Assembly (NCBI GenBank): GCA_016926475.1
Contig: JAFGON010000021.1
Span: 9,626-73,625, forward strand
Length of the DNA: 64,000 bases
DNA from: a candidate division WOR-3 bacterium
Lineage (GTDB): Bacteria; SDB-A
Direction of reading: 5' to 3'
Translations under genes and position numbers: made by a program
Shown here: piece after piece, positions 56,091 through 64,000 of the stretch
How the letters are laid out: every line of letters begins with the position of its first letter
Numbering within the stretch: position 1 is the stretch's first letter
Notes under the pieces: generated by a model
Told to the model about the DNA's origin: nothing
The model's input: the letters and a program-made list of their open reading frames with translations, nothing else
The model's database searches: none

Positions 56091-56704
56091 TCCCCAAACA
56101 TTCTCTTTTCTGGTCTTTTTCTCATCTGCTTGCCTACCCCCTGTTCAAAAATATTCTCGGACTCAGATCTATAGAAGGCAAAAAAAACCTTCCCCTTGAC
56201 GAAAATTTCATTCTCGCGCCGAACCATTTAAACAACTTCGATCCCCCTGCGGCGGCATTCAGCGTATATCCGCACGAATGTTATTTTCTCGCCAAAAAAG
56301 AGCTATTTGAAGTTCACCCTGTTTACAGTTTTATCCTCAAAACATACAACGCGATCAAGATTGACAGAACAGGTAAAGATATATCCGCTATGAAAAAAGC
56401 CCTGAAGGTTCTTCACAAGGGGCATATTCTAATCGTTTTTCCGGAAGGAACAAGAAAAGCCCGACACAATTTCGAAGACATAAAAACCGGAGCGGCTTTT
56501 CTCTCGGCAAAAACAAGAAAACTTCTCATCCCCTGCTTCATAAGTTATACAAACCCAGGCATCGGCGATTTACTCAGAGGGAAAATGGAAACAGTGATAA
56601 AATTCGGCAGACCAATATCTCCGACAAAAGACGGAAAGACAAAGTCAACGGAGGTTTTGGCTGAACTCTGGAAAATGGAAATGAAAAGGTTATGCGGGTC
56701 ATAG
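56087..56704 (+). CDS. plsC: 1-acyl-sn-glycerol-3-phosphate acyltransferase
   Basis: NHLNNFD (HxxxxD), FLAKKELF, FPEGTR. Confidence 0.88.
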   Translation: MIPKHSLFWSFSHLLAYPLFKNILGLRSIEGKKNLPLDENFILAPNHLNNFDPPAAAFSVYPHECYFLAKKELFEVHPVYSFILKTYNAIKIDRTGKDISAMKKALKVLHKGHILIVFPEGTRKARHNFEDIKTGAAFLSAKTRKLLIPCFISYTNPGIGDLLRGKMETVIKFGRPISPTKDGKTKSTEVLAELWKMEMKRLCGS

Positions 56705-57549
56705 TCGCAAAAAACGCAGGTTTTTGTTTTGGAGTCAAAAGAGCCGTAAAAATGGCGGAAGAAGTTCTCGATTCTTCCCAATCGACAGAAAAGGTCTACA
56801 TCCTGGGTGAAATCATTCACAATCCGCAGACTGTCAAAATGCTCGAAGAAATGGGAGCCGTGACAATAGACGAGAGCGACCTGGAAAAGGTCCAGCCGGG
56901 AAAACTCATCTTGAGAAGCCATGGAGTCCCACTCGAGGTCATTGAAAAGGCCAAAAAACTTAAATTCAGCATTGTTGACACGACATGTCCTTTTGTCAAA
57001 AAAGCCCAAATCATAGCAGACCAAAATTCAAAAAAGGAAAACCAACTTATTATTATAGGAAAAAAAGAACACCCGGAAGTGAAAGCTTTGCTCTCTCACA
57101 GTCTGTATAACGCTTTTGTTATAGGCTCGATAGAAGAAGTCAAAAAATTGGACTTAAACCCCGACTTAAAAACCGTCATAATAGTCCAGACTACATTCTC
57201 AGAAAATAAATTCAAGAAAATTGTGGGTGAAATTATCTTGCTTTTCAAAGAAGTTTTGGTCTATAATACGATTTGCAACGCGACTTACATCAGAAGAACC
57301 GAATCTTTGAGTGTAGCTGAAAAGACCGATGTAAATATAGTCGTCGGCGGAAAAAACAGCTCCAACACAAGAGAGTTGACAAACTTTTTAGTCGAAAAGG
57401 GCTATAAGGCTTTTCAAATAGAAAGCCCTGATGAAATCAGGGACGATTTTTTTGATGGATCGGAATGCATCGGAATTACTGGAGGAGCATCCACTCCTCT
57501 TTCAGTGATCGAGGAAGTAAAAAAGTTGATCGAAGATATCCGCGTTTAA
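56692..57549 (+). CDS. ispH: 4-hydroxy-3-methylbut-2-enyl diphosphate reductase
   Basis: AGFCFGVKRA, IIHN, RSHG, DTTCPFV, HPEV, QTT, NTICNAT, SSNT, GASTP. Confidence 0.95.
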   Translation: MRVIVAKNAGFCFGVKRAVKMAEEVLDSSQSTEKVYILGEIIHNPQTVKMLEEMGAVTIDESDLEKVQPGKLILRSHGVPLEVIEKAKKLKFSIVDTTCPFVKKAQIIADQNSKKENQLIIIGKKEHPEVKALLSHSLYNAFVIGSIEEVKKLDLNPDLKTVIIVQTTFSENKFKKIVGEIILLFKEVLVYNTICNATYIRRTESLSVAEKTDVNIVVGGKNSSNTRELTNFLVEKGYKAFQIESPDEIRDDFFDGSECIGITGGASTPLSVIEEVKKLIEDIRV

Positions 57550-57617
57550 GAGCGGGTTTCGATATATAGTGCAGGCAAAGGTTTTGAACAATCTAACGTT
57601 ATTTGTGCGGAGGAATA

Positions 57618-59261
57618 TTGGAAAATCAGAATGTAGTGGAAGGTGAAAAAAACTTTGAAATCTGGGATATAACCGACGATGAGCTGTCCGTTTTAATTGA
57701 CAAGTATTCCCCATCTCTCGAAGAGGGGAAAATCGTCAAAGGCACGGTTGTCAGAATTGGACCGAAAGACATCGTCCTCGATATTTGTCAAAAAAGTGAA
57801 GGGGTGCTTTCAGCATCCGAGTTCCCTGAAGATTACTCGCTCAAAGTTGGCGATGTTATAGATGTTTTTCTCGATGAACTCGAAGGTGAAGAAGGATTCG
57901 CCGTAGTCTCCAAACAAAAAGCCGATTTCATCAAAGTATGGGATGACATCAAAGCGGCTTTCGACAACAGGTCTTCCGTGGAAGGCACAATTACAAAAAG
58001 GGTTAAAGGCGGCATGATAGTATCCGTGTTCGGGGTTGAAGCTTTTCTACCTGGAAGCCAGATAGACTTGAGGCCTTGCAAAGACATGGATCAGCTGCTT
58101 GGTAAAAAATTCCAGTTCAGGATCATAAAGCTAAACTGGAAAAGAAGAAACATAGTCGTCTCGAGAAGACAGATACTTGAAGAGGACAGAGAACAGAAAA
58201 AGAACCAACTTTTCAACGATCTCGACGTGAATTCAGTTCTCGAAGGAAAAGTCAAAAACATCACTCCATTCGGAGCTTTCATCGACCTCGGCGGAATCGA
58301 CGGGCTTCTTCACATCACTGATATATCCTGGGGAAGGATTCAGCACCCCAGCGAAGTTCTCTCTATCGGAGACTCGGTTCAAGTCATGGTCATAGGCATA
58401 GAAAAAGACAAAAACAGAGTGTCCCTCGGCATGAAACAGCTCGTACCCGATCCGTGGAAGAACATTACGGAAAAATACCCCGAAGGCACAAAAGTCCAGG
58501 GAAGAGTTGTTTCCATGACTGATTACGGCGCTTTTGTAGAAATAGAAAAAGGTGTTGAAGGCCTTATTCACATATCAGAAATGTCTTGGACAAAGCATAT
58601 CAAAAAACCATCCGACATACTCGAGGTGGATCAGACCATCGAGGCGGTTGTACTCAACATAGATCCGGAAAAACAAAGAATTTCTCTCGGTCTAAAACAA
58701 GTAAACCCCGACCCCTGGGAGACAATCGAAAACAAGTACCCCGTCGGTTCCATCGTTGAAGGTAAAATCCGGACCATAACTAATTTTGGCGCGTTCATTC
58801 AGCTTGAAGAAGGAATAGACGGATTGATTCATGTCTCGGACATGTCATGGGTTGAGAGAATTGAAACCCCTCGTCAAATACTTAAAGAAGGAAAAAACGT
58901 CCAGTGTAAAGTCCTAAAAATAGACAAGGAATCCAAGAAAATTTCCCTGGGGATAAAACAGTTGGAAGAAGATCCTGTTCAGAAATTCATATCTTCCCAT
59001 CAGCCCGGCGATCAAATCACCGGAACAATTGTCGAACTTAAAGACAGAGGTATCGTAGTCAAGATCGAAAACAACGCCAGAGGTTTTGTGCCTTTCTCTC
59101 ATCTTCTAAGCGACAACATAAAAAAACCTTCTGATATGTACAAAATCGGAGATAGTTTAGAATTGAAGATAATTGAGATGTCATCAGACGGACGCAGAAT
59201 TCTTCTGTCGGAAAAAGAAGCGAATCCAAATTACGAAGAGAGCAAGGACGCGGATTCCTGA
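57618..59261 (+). CDS. rpsA: 30S ribosomal protein S1
   Basis: Six S1 repeats (AFLPGSQID, DGLLHITDISW, EGLIHISEMSW); TTG start after GGAGG. Confidence 0.96.
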   Translation: MENQNVVEGEKNFEIWDITDDELSVLIDKYSPSLEEGKIVKGTVVRIGPKDIVLDICQKSEGVLSASEFPEDYSLKVGDVIDVFLDELEGEEGFAVVSKQKADFIKVWDDIKAAFDNRSSVEGTITKRVKGGMIVSVFGVEAFLPGSQIDLRPCKDMDQLLGKKFQFRIIKLNWKRRNIVVSRRQILEEDREQKKNQLFNDLDVNSVLEGKVKNITPFGAFIDLGGIDGLLHITDISWGRIQHPSEVLSIGDSVQVMVIGIEKDKNRVSLGMKQLVPDPWKNITEKYPEGTKVQGRVVSMTDYGAFVEIEKGVEGLIHISEMSWTKHIKKPSDILEVDQTIEAVVLNIDPEKQRISLGLKQVNPDPWETIENKYPVGSIVEGKIRTITNFGAFIQLEEGIDGLIHVSDMSWVERIETPRQILKEGKNVQCKVLKIDKESKKISLGIKQLEEDPVQKFISSHQPGDQITGTIVELKDRGIVVKIENNARGFVPFSHLLSDNIKKPSDMYKIGDSLELKIIEMSSDGRRILLSEKEANPNYEESKDADS

Positions 59262-59282
59262 TGTTTTAGGGATAGGACAATA

Positions 59283-60035
59283 ATGATCCTCGGCGTCATA
59301 CCTGTGAGGATTGGTTCAAAAAGGCTTCCCTTCAAACCTCTTCTGAACCTCGGTGGGAAGCCTCTTTTCTTTTGGGCTGTCGAGAAAGCGCTTGAATGCA
59401 AAAAGCTCGACGAAGTTTTAGTGGCCACTGATTCAAAAGAAATAGCCGAAAAAACGACAGCTCTGAAAAGAGTAAAATGCGTTTTGACTCCTGATTTACC
59501 GAGCGGGTCTGACAGAGCGGCTTGGGTCAGCAGAAAAAGAGAAGACGTCGAAATAGTCGCGAACATCCAGGGGGACGAGCCTTTTATCTGCCCGGAAGAC
59601 ATCGACAGAACTATAGACTCTCTTTTAAAAGACCCCCTAGCAGACATGGCGACTCTTTACACTAAATTCGACGAAGACGATGACCCTTCTTCCCCCGACA
59701 AGGTGAAAATTGTATCGGACAGAAGGGGTTACGCCCTGTATTTTTCTAGGGCTAAAATCCCTTATCCAAGAGACGGCATGCGCTTCGCTTTTCTCAAACA
59801 TTTGGGGCTTTATGTCTTCAGAATGCAATTCCTTATAAACTTCACCGAAAACCCTACAAGCACCCTTGAAAAGGTGGAAATGCTCGAACAGCTGAGGGCT
59901 TTGGAAATGGGCGCAAAAATAAAACTAATAGAGGCAAAAAAACCTTCTTATGGAATTGACACAGAAGAAGATTACAAAAAAGCCCAAACAATTGTGAAGG
60001 GAGAGTCTCACAGATGGCACAAAAATACGTCGTAG
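59283..60035 (+). CDS. kdsB: 3-deoxy-manno-octulosonate cytidylyltransferase
   Basis: IPVRIGSKRLPFKPL, SGSDR, NIQGDEP, ALYFSRAKIP, HLGLY, LEQLRALE. Confidence 0.94.
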   Translation: MILGVIPVRIGSKRLPFKPLLNLGGKPLFFWAVEKALECKKLDEVLVATDSKEIAEKTTALKRVKCVLTPDLPSGSDRAAWVSRKREDVEIVANIQGDEPFICPEDIDRTIDSLLKDPLADMATLYTKFDEDDDPSSPDKVKIVSDRRGYALYFSRAKIPYPRDGMRFAFLKHLGLYVFRMQFLINFTENPTSTLEKVEMLEQLRALEMGAKIKLIEAKKPSYGIDTEEDYKKAQTIVKGESHRWHKNTS

Positions 60036-61762
60036 TCGTCGGCGGTGTTATAAGCGGAGTCGGCAAGGGAATAGCTTCCGCTTCCATAGCTAAGATACTC
60101 GTTGAATACGGTTATAAAACAACAGCTATAAAAATCGATCCATACATCAATTTCGACGCCGGGACTTTAAGACCCACCGAGCACGGCGAAGTTTGGGTGA
60201 CAGACGACGGTGGAGAAATCGACCAGGATCTCGGTAACTACGAAAGGTTTATCGGAGAACAGATCCCCAAAAAGAATAATATAACAACAGGGCAAGTTTA
60301 CTGGGCGGTGATCGAAAAGGAAAGAAACGGAAAATTTTTGGGAGAAACAGTTCAATTCATCCCTCACATACCAGACGAAATAATACAAAGAATAGAAGAA
60401 TCTTCCGCAGAACACGAAATAGCGGTAATTGAGATAGGCGGCACTATTGGCGACTACGAAAACATCCCCTTTCTTTTCGCACTAAAAAGCCTCGAGAAAA
60501 AATTAGGACAGGGAAGTTTTTCCTATGTTCTTCTCACCTACCTTCCAATACCTGGAAACATAGGAGAGATGAAGACCAAACCGACACAGCAGGCAATTAA
60601 ACTATTGTCTCAGCACGGAATATTCCCTGACATAATTCTCTGCCGTGCGAAAACTGAAATTGACCAGATAAGAAAAAAGAAAATTGAAATCTACGCTAAC
60701 ATCCCCGCGGAAATGGTGATTTCCGCTCCCGACGTCTCCTCTGTTTACTCTGTTCCCCTGAATTTCGAAAGAGAAAGCCTCGGAAAAAAAATTCTCATGA
60801 CCCTCGATTTAAAACCGAAAAAAGAGGGGGACTGGTCGCAGTGGCAAAAACTCGTAACCCATATAATGAACCCATCCAAAGAGATTTCCATAGGAATGAT
60901 TGGAAAATATATCGAAACCGGCAATTATCAACTCGAAGACGCCTACATATCGGTCAAGCATGCGCTTGAACACGCGGGAGCCAATTCCGACTGCAGGGTT
61001 AAAATCTTGTGGATCAGCGCTTCACACGTGCAAACAGAGTCTGAAATAGCACAGTCCCTTGAAGATCTCGACGGAATAATCGTGCCTGGGGGATTCGGCA
61101 GACACGGAATTGAAGGTAAAATTAAGGCCATAAAAATAGCGAGAGAACTGAGAATCCCTTACCTTGGGCTTTGCCTGGGAATGCAGCTCGCTTTGGTTGA
61201 AATAGCGCGTAATATACTCGGGCTCGAAGGGGCTGATTCAACGGAAAACGAACCTCATACTCCGCACCCGGTCGTCACGCTTCTGCCTTCTCAGCAGGAA
61301 GCTATGCTGCATTCGAGATACGGAGCGAGCATGCGTCTCGGCGCGTATCTTGCAAACATCATAAACGGGACTAAAATATCCTCTCTTTACATTCGTTCAG
61401 ACAGAGTCCAGAGAGACGCTCGCGTCATAGAATCATTCACCTCTGGCAAAGAAAAGTTCAGATTGGGCGTCAAACCAAAGAATGGGGACTTCATCGAAGT
61501 CATAGAAAGACACAGACACAGGTACGAGATAAATCCGGCTTACATCAGGCGTTTTGAAGAGGCAGGTGTTGTTTTCTCGGGATTCCACATAAGACATGAC
61601 AAAGAGGAACCTTTGATGGAGTTTATAGAATTACAGGATCATCCATTTTTTATAGCCACACAGGCGCACCCGGAATTCAAGTCAAGCCTTGTGGACCCTT
61701 CCCCTTTATTCACCGGTTTTATCAGATCCTGCCTGGAAAAACACTACGGAAAACCAGATTGA
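60014..61762 (+). CDS. pyrG: CTP synthase
   Basis: GGVISGVGKG, KIDPYIN, HGEV, KTKPTQ, GLCLGMQ, RHRHRYE, QAHPEF. Confidence 0.96.
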   Translation: MAQKYVVVVGGVISGVGKGIASASIAKILVEYGYKTTAIKIDPYINFDAGTLRPTEHGEVWVTDDGGEIDQDLGNYERFIGEQIPKKNNITTGQVYWAVIEKERNGKFLGETVQFIPHIPDEIIQRIEESSAEHEIAVIEIGGTIGDYENIPFLFALKSLEKKLGQGSFSYVLLTYLPIPGNIGEMKTKPTQQAIKLLSQHGIFPDIILCRAKTEIDQIRKKKIEIYANIPAEMVISAPDVSSVYSVPLNFERESLGKKILMTLDLKPKKEGDWSQWQKLVTHIMNPSKEISIGMIGKYIETGNYQLEDAYISVKHALEHAGANSDCRVKILWISASHVQTESEIAQSLEDLDGIIVPGGFGRHGIEGKIKAIKIARELRIPYLGLCLGMQLALVEIARNILGLEGADSTENEPHTPHPVVTLLPSQQEAMLHSRYGASMRLGAYLANIINGTKISSLYIRSDRVQRDARVIESFTSGKEKFRLGVKPKNGDFIEVIERHRHRYEINPAYIRRFEEAGVVFSGFHIRHDKEEPLMEFIELQDHPFFIATQAHPEFKSSLVDPSPLFTGFIRSCLEKHYGKPD

Positions 61763-62400
61763 AATCAAGTTTTTCATCACCCGCGAAGATCTTTTTTGTC
61801 CCCTTCGCTTCGATTTTTTTGCTCGTTTCATCCGATCCCCTTTACTCGGCACTCGTCTTCTGCGTATCTTCTCTTCTGCTTGTCAGCATGGACAGACCTG
61901 AAAAGAGTGTCTTGTCCCTTTTAGGAGCCTTTTTATCTATTCTCGTCAAAAACATTTTTCCCGACGCGGTCATCAACTGCTTCAAGACGATATCAGTGAT
62001 TTTTTTGCCTTTTTTATGGGCAAAAGAGATTTCGGCGGATGATCTTCTGTCTTTGCCCCTGGTGGGCAAAACTGCGTTTGCAAAAAGTCTATACATGATA
62101 TCTGAAATATCATCAAGCTTCATACCGTATATGCGATCCGAACTGGCACAGACAGTTTTCATTTTAAAAACATTCAAGCTTCCGAAAAATAGCATTTTTG
62201 TGAAAGTCCCTTCTTTGGTGGCTTGGAGCGTGATGAAAATTGAAAGACGAAAAATAAACCTCTATCTTTCCCTTAAATCAAGAGGTTTCAGAGACACCGA
62301 TGATTTGGTTTTTTTGGGAAAACCGGTATTCTTCTCGCGAAAAGACATTTTGCCTTACTCAGCCCTAACCCTTCTTCTGCTTGTAAGGTTTATAACTTGA
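61759..62400 (+). CDS. Divergent ECF transporter T-component-like membrane protein
   Basis: PAKI N-terminus, FIPYMRSEL, LSLKSRGF (ARG-like motif); directly upstream of truA. Confidence 0.55.
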   Translation: MKSSFSSPAKIFFVPFASIFLLVSSDPLYSALVFCVSSLLLVSMDRPEKSVLSLLGAFLSILVKNIFPDAVINCFKTISVIFLPFLWAKEISADDLLSLPLVGKTAFAKSLYMISEISSSFIPYMRSELAQTVFILKTFKLPKNSIFVKVPSLVAWSVMKIERRKINLYLSLKSRGFRDTDDLVFLGKPVFFSRKDILPYSALTLLLLVRFIT

Positions 62401-63185
62401 GAAGAATAAAATTTGAAGTCTCCTACGATGGGAGACAATTCAGCGGGTGGCAAATTCAAAAAGCCAAAAGAACCGCCCAGGAAGAGCTTGAAAAAGCGAT
62501 TTTCTCGGTCACCAAAAACATTTCAAAAGTCACGGGAGCCGGTAGGACAGACGCCGGGGTTCATGCGATAGGACAGACAGCTCATTGTGACATTCAATGT
62601 GACATACAGGACTTAGACCTTCTCAGGGCTGTAAATTCGAATTTACCCTGTGATTTGAAGGTAAAAAATCTCTTGACGGTCGAACCTGATTTTCATTCGA
62701 CCAAAGACGCAGGGGAAAGACAATACGTTTACAGGATTGAGTACACTTCGGGCAATCCCTTCACCAGAGGATTCGCGTGGCAGTTGAGAAAGCGGCTCTC
62801 CGTTGAAAAGATGGCTAAAACCGCATTGTTGTTGAAAGGTAAACACGATTTTTCAGCTTTTTGCATAAAAAAAAGCCTAAAACAGAACAACGAAGTAGAT
62901 CTCAGAGCTGTTGAAATAGTCAGTTTACAAAATGGACTACTGCTTTTTTTCGCGGCTGACCGTTATCTTCACAAATTGATAAGGTCCATCGTAGGAATGC
63001 TCTACGACGTAGGAAGGGGTAAAGCGGACCCGGAAACGGCTGAAGTGGCGCTTTTACGGAAAAACAGAATATACGGCGGCTTCACGGCTCCAGCCCAAGG
63101 GCTTTACCTCTACAGAGTTCTTTACTCAGGGGAAAACGCAAATTTTTCAAAAGAAGAATTTTTCAGCAACTTCACCGGGACATGA
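62397..63185 (+). CDS. truA: tRNA pseudouridine(38-40) synthase
   Basis: YDGRQFSGWQ, GAGRTDAGVHA.GQ, G.HDFSAF, TAPAQGLYL. Confidence 0.95.
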   Translation: MRRIKFEVSYDGRQFSGWQIQKAKRTAQEELEKAIFSVTKNISKVTGAGRTDAGVHAIGQTAHCDIQCDIQDLDLLRAVNSNLPCDLKVKNLLTVEPDFHSTKDAGERQYVYRIEYTSGNPFTRGFAWQLRKRLSVEKMAKTALLLKGKHDFSAFCIKKSLKQNNEVDLRAVEIVSLQNGLLLFFAADRYLHKLIRSIVGMLYDVGRGKADPETAEVALLRKNRIYGGFTAPAQGLYLYRVLYSGENANFSKEEFFSNFTGT

Positions 63186-63195
63186 GGGAGGATTT

Positions 63196-64000
63196 ATGGG
63201 CACCCTGGAAAGATACACGTTGCCAGAAATGAAGGAACTTTGGTCCGACGAAAACAGGTTTCGGACTTGGCTAAAAGTCGAGCTCGCCCAGTGCAGAGCG
63301 AGAATGGAATTAGACCAAATTCCTAAAGCAGAGTTCGGGGAAATCGAGAAAAAAGCGGATTTCGACCTGGAGAGAATCCGTGAAATAGAAGAAGAAGTCG
63401 AGCATGACGTCATAGCTTTTCTCAGTTCTGTAGCCGAGAAGGTAGGTGAACCTTCAAGGCATATCCATTACGGTATGACTTCATCTGACGTGCTCGACAC
63501 ATCTCTCGCCTTGCTCCTTTCAGAAGCCGGAGAGATGATTCAAAATGAGCTCAAATCGTTGATTCAAAAGACAAAAACCATGGCGCTGAAGACAAAGCAC
63601 TTTGTAATGATGGGAAGGACACACGGCGTCCACGCGGAACCCATAACCCTCGGTCTGAAACTGCTCTCTCTCAGAGAAAATTTCAAACGTTCACTCTCCC
63701 TGTTGAAGAACGCGACTGAAAACATTAAGTATGGAAAGATTTCGGGTCCGGTGGGGGCTTATGGGAACATCGACCCTTACGTCGAAAAAAGAACACTCGA
63801 AATTCTCGGGCTTAAAACCGAACCTGTTTCTACTCAAATCATACCGAGGGACAGACACATGCTATTCGTTATGGCTCTTGCGCACACAGCCTCAGGGATT
63901 GAAAGAGCGGCTCTACAGATAAGGCTGCTTCAGAGAACGGAGACAGGCGAAATATCAGAGCCGTTTTCATCTCGTCAAAAGGGGTCTTCCGCGATGCCTC
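63196..64000 (+). CDS. purB: Adenylosuccinate lyase (3'-truncated by window edge; missing from the ORF track)
   Basis: Manual translation from ATG 63196 after GGAGG: MGTLERYTLPEMKELWSDENRF...HDVIAF...HYGMTSSDVLDT...GRTHGVHAEP...KGSSAMP. Confidence 0.95.
   Translation, partial: MGTLERYTLPEMKELWSDENRFRTWLKVELAQCRARMELDQIPKAEFGEIEKKADFDLERIREIEEEVEHDVIAFLSSVAEKVGEPSRHIHYGMTSSDVLDTSLALLLSEAGEMIQNELKSLIQKTKTMALKTKHFVMMGRTHGVHAEPITLGLKLLSLRENFKRSLSLLKNATENIKYGKISGPVGAYGNIDPYVEKRTLEILGLKTEPVSTQIIPRDRHMLFVMALAHTASGIERAALQIRLLQRTETGEISEPFSSRQKGSSAMP

Noticed and set aside
56692..59261. Possible ispH-rpsA fusion as in some Firmicutes
   Set aside because: ispH has its own TAA at 57549 and rpsA has its own SD and TTG start.
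1..64000. CRISPR arrays, IS elements, prophage, defence systems, rRNA, riboswitches
   Set aside because: No spaced direct repeats, transposase/integrase or nuclease motifs seen by eye; intergenic gaps are short. A covariance-model search would be needed to exclude small RNAs fully.

Overview
A gene-dense, mostly minus-strand chromosomal window from a diderm, LPS-making bacterium (lptD, kdsB) that is probably anaerobic and fermentative (class II + class III ribonucleotide reductases, butyrate kinase). An uncultured FCB-associated lineage such as WOR-3 is plausible, but that is inference only. Most content is housekeeping: purD, lepA, nrdR-nrdD-nrdG-nrdJ, dnaE, ndk, a tRNA Gly-Cys-Leu cluster, topA and cmk-plsC-ispH-rpsA-kdsB-pyrG-truA-purB. 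I saw no mobile element, prophage or CRISPR array. The best candidates for undescribed biology are: (1) a four-gene membrane complex (32193-35555, DUF6754-type) in which two subunits look like paralogues inserted in opposite orientations; (2) a sigma54-linked signalling cassette (35780-39621) ending in a receiver-DUF4388-Roadblock fusion with an internal in-frame start, plus a 69-aa partner; (3) an aromatic amino-acid ammonia-lyase with Ala-Cys-Gly instead of the MIO-forming Ala-Ser-Gly; (4) tandem, diverged PilB ATPases; (5) a catalytically dead Ogt-like protein and a pseudo-PP2C membrane sensor; (6) repeated leaderless promoter architecture. All family calls come from motif recognition by eye; no database searches were run.
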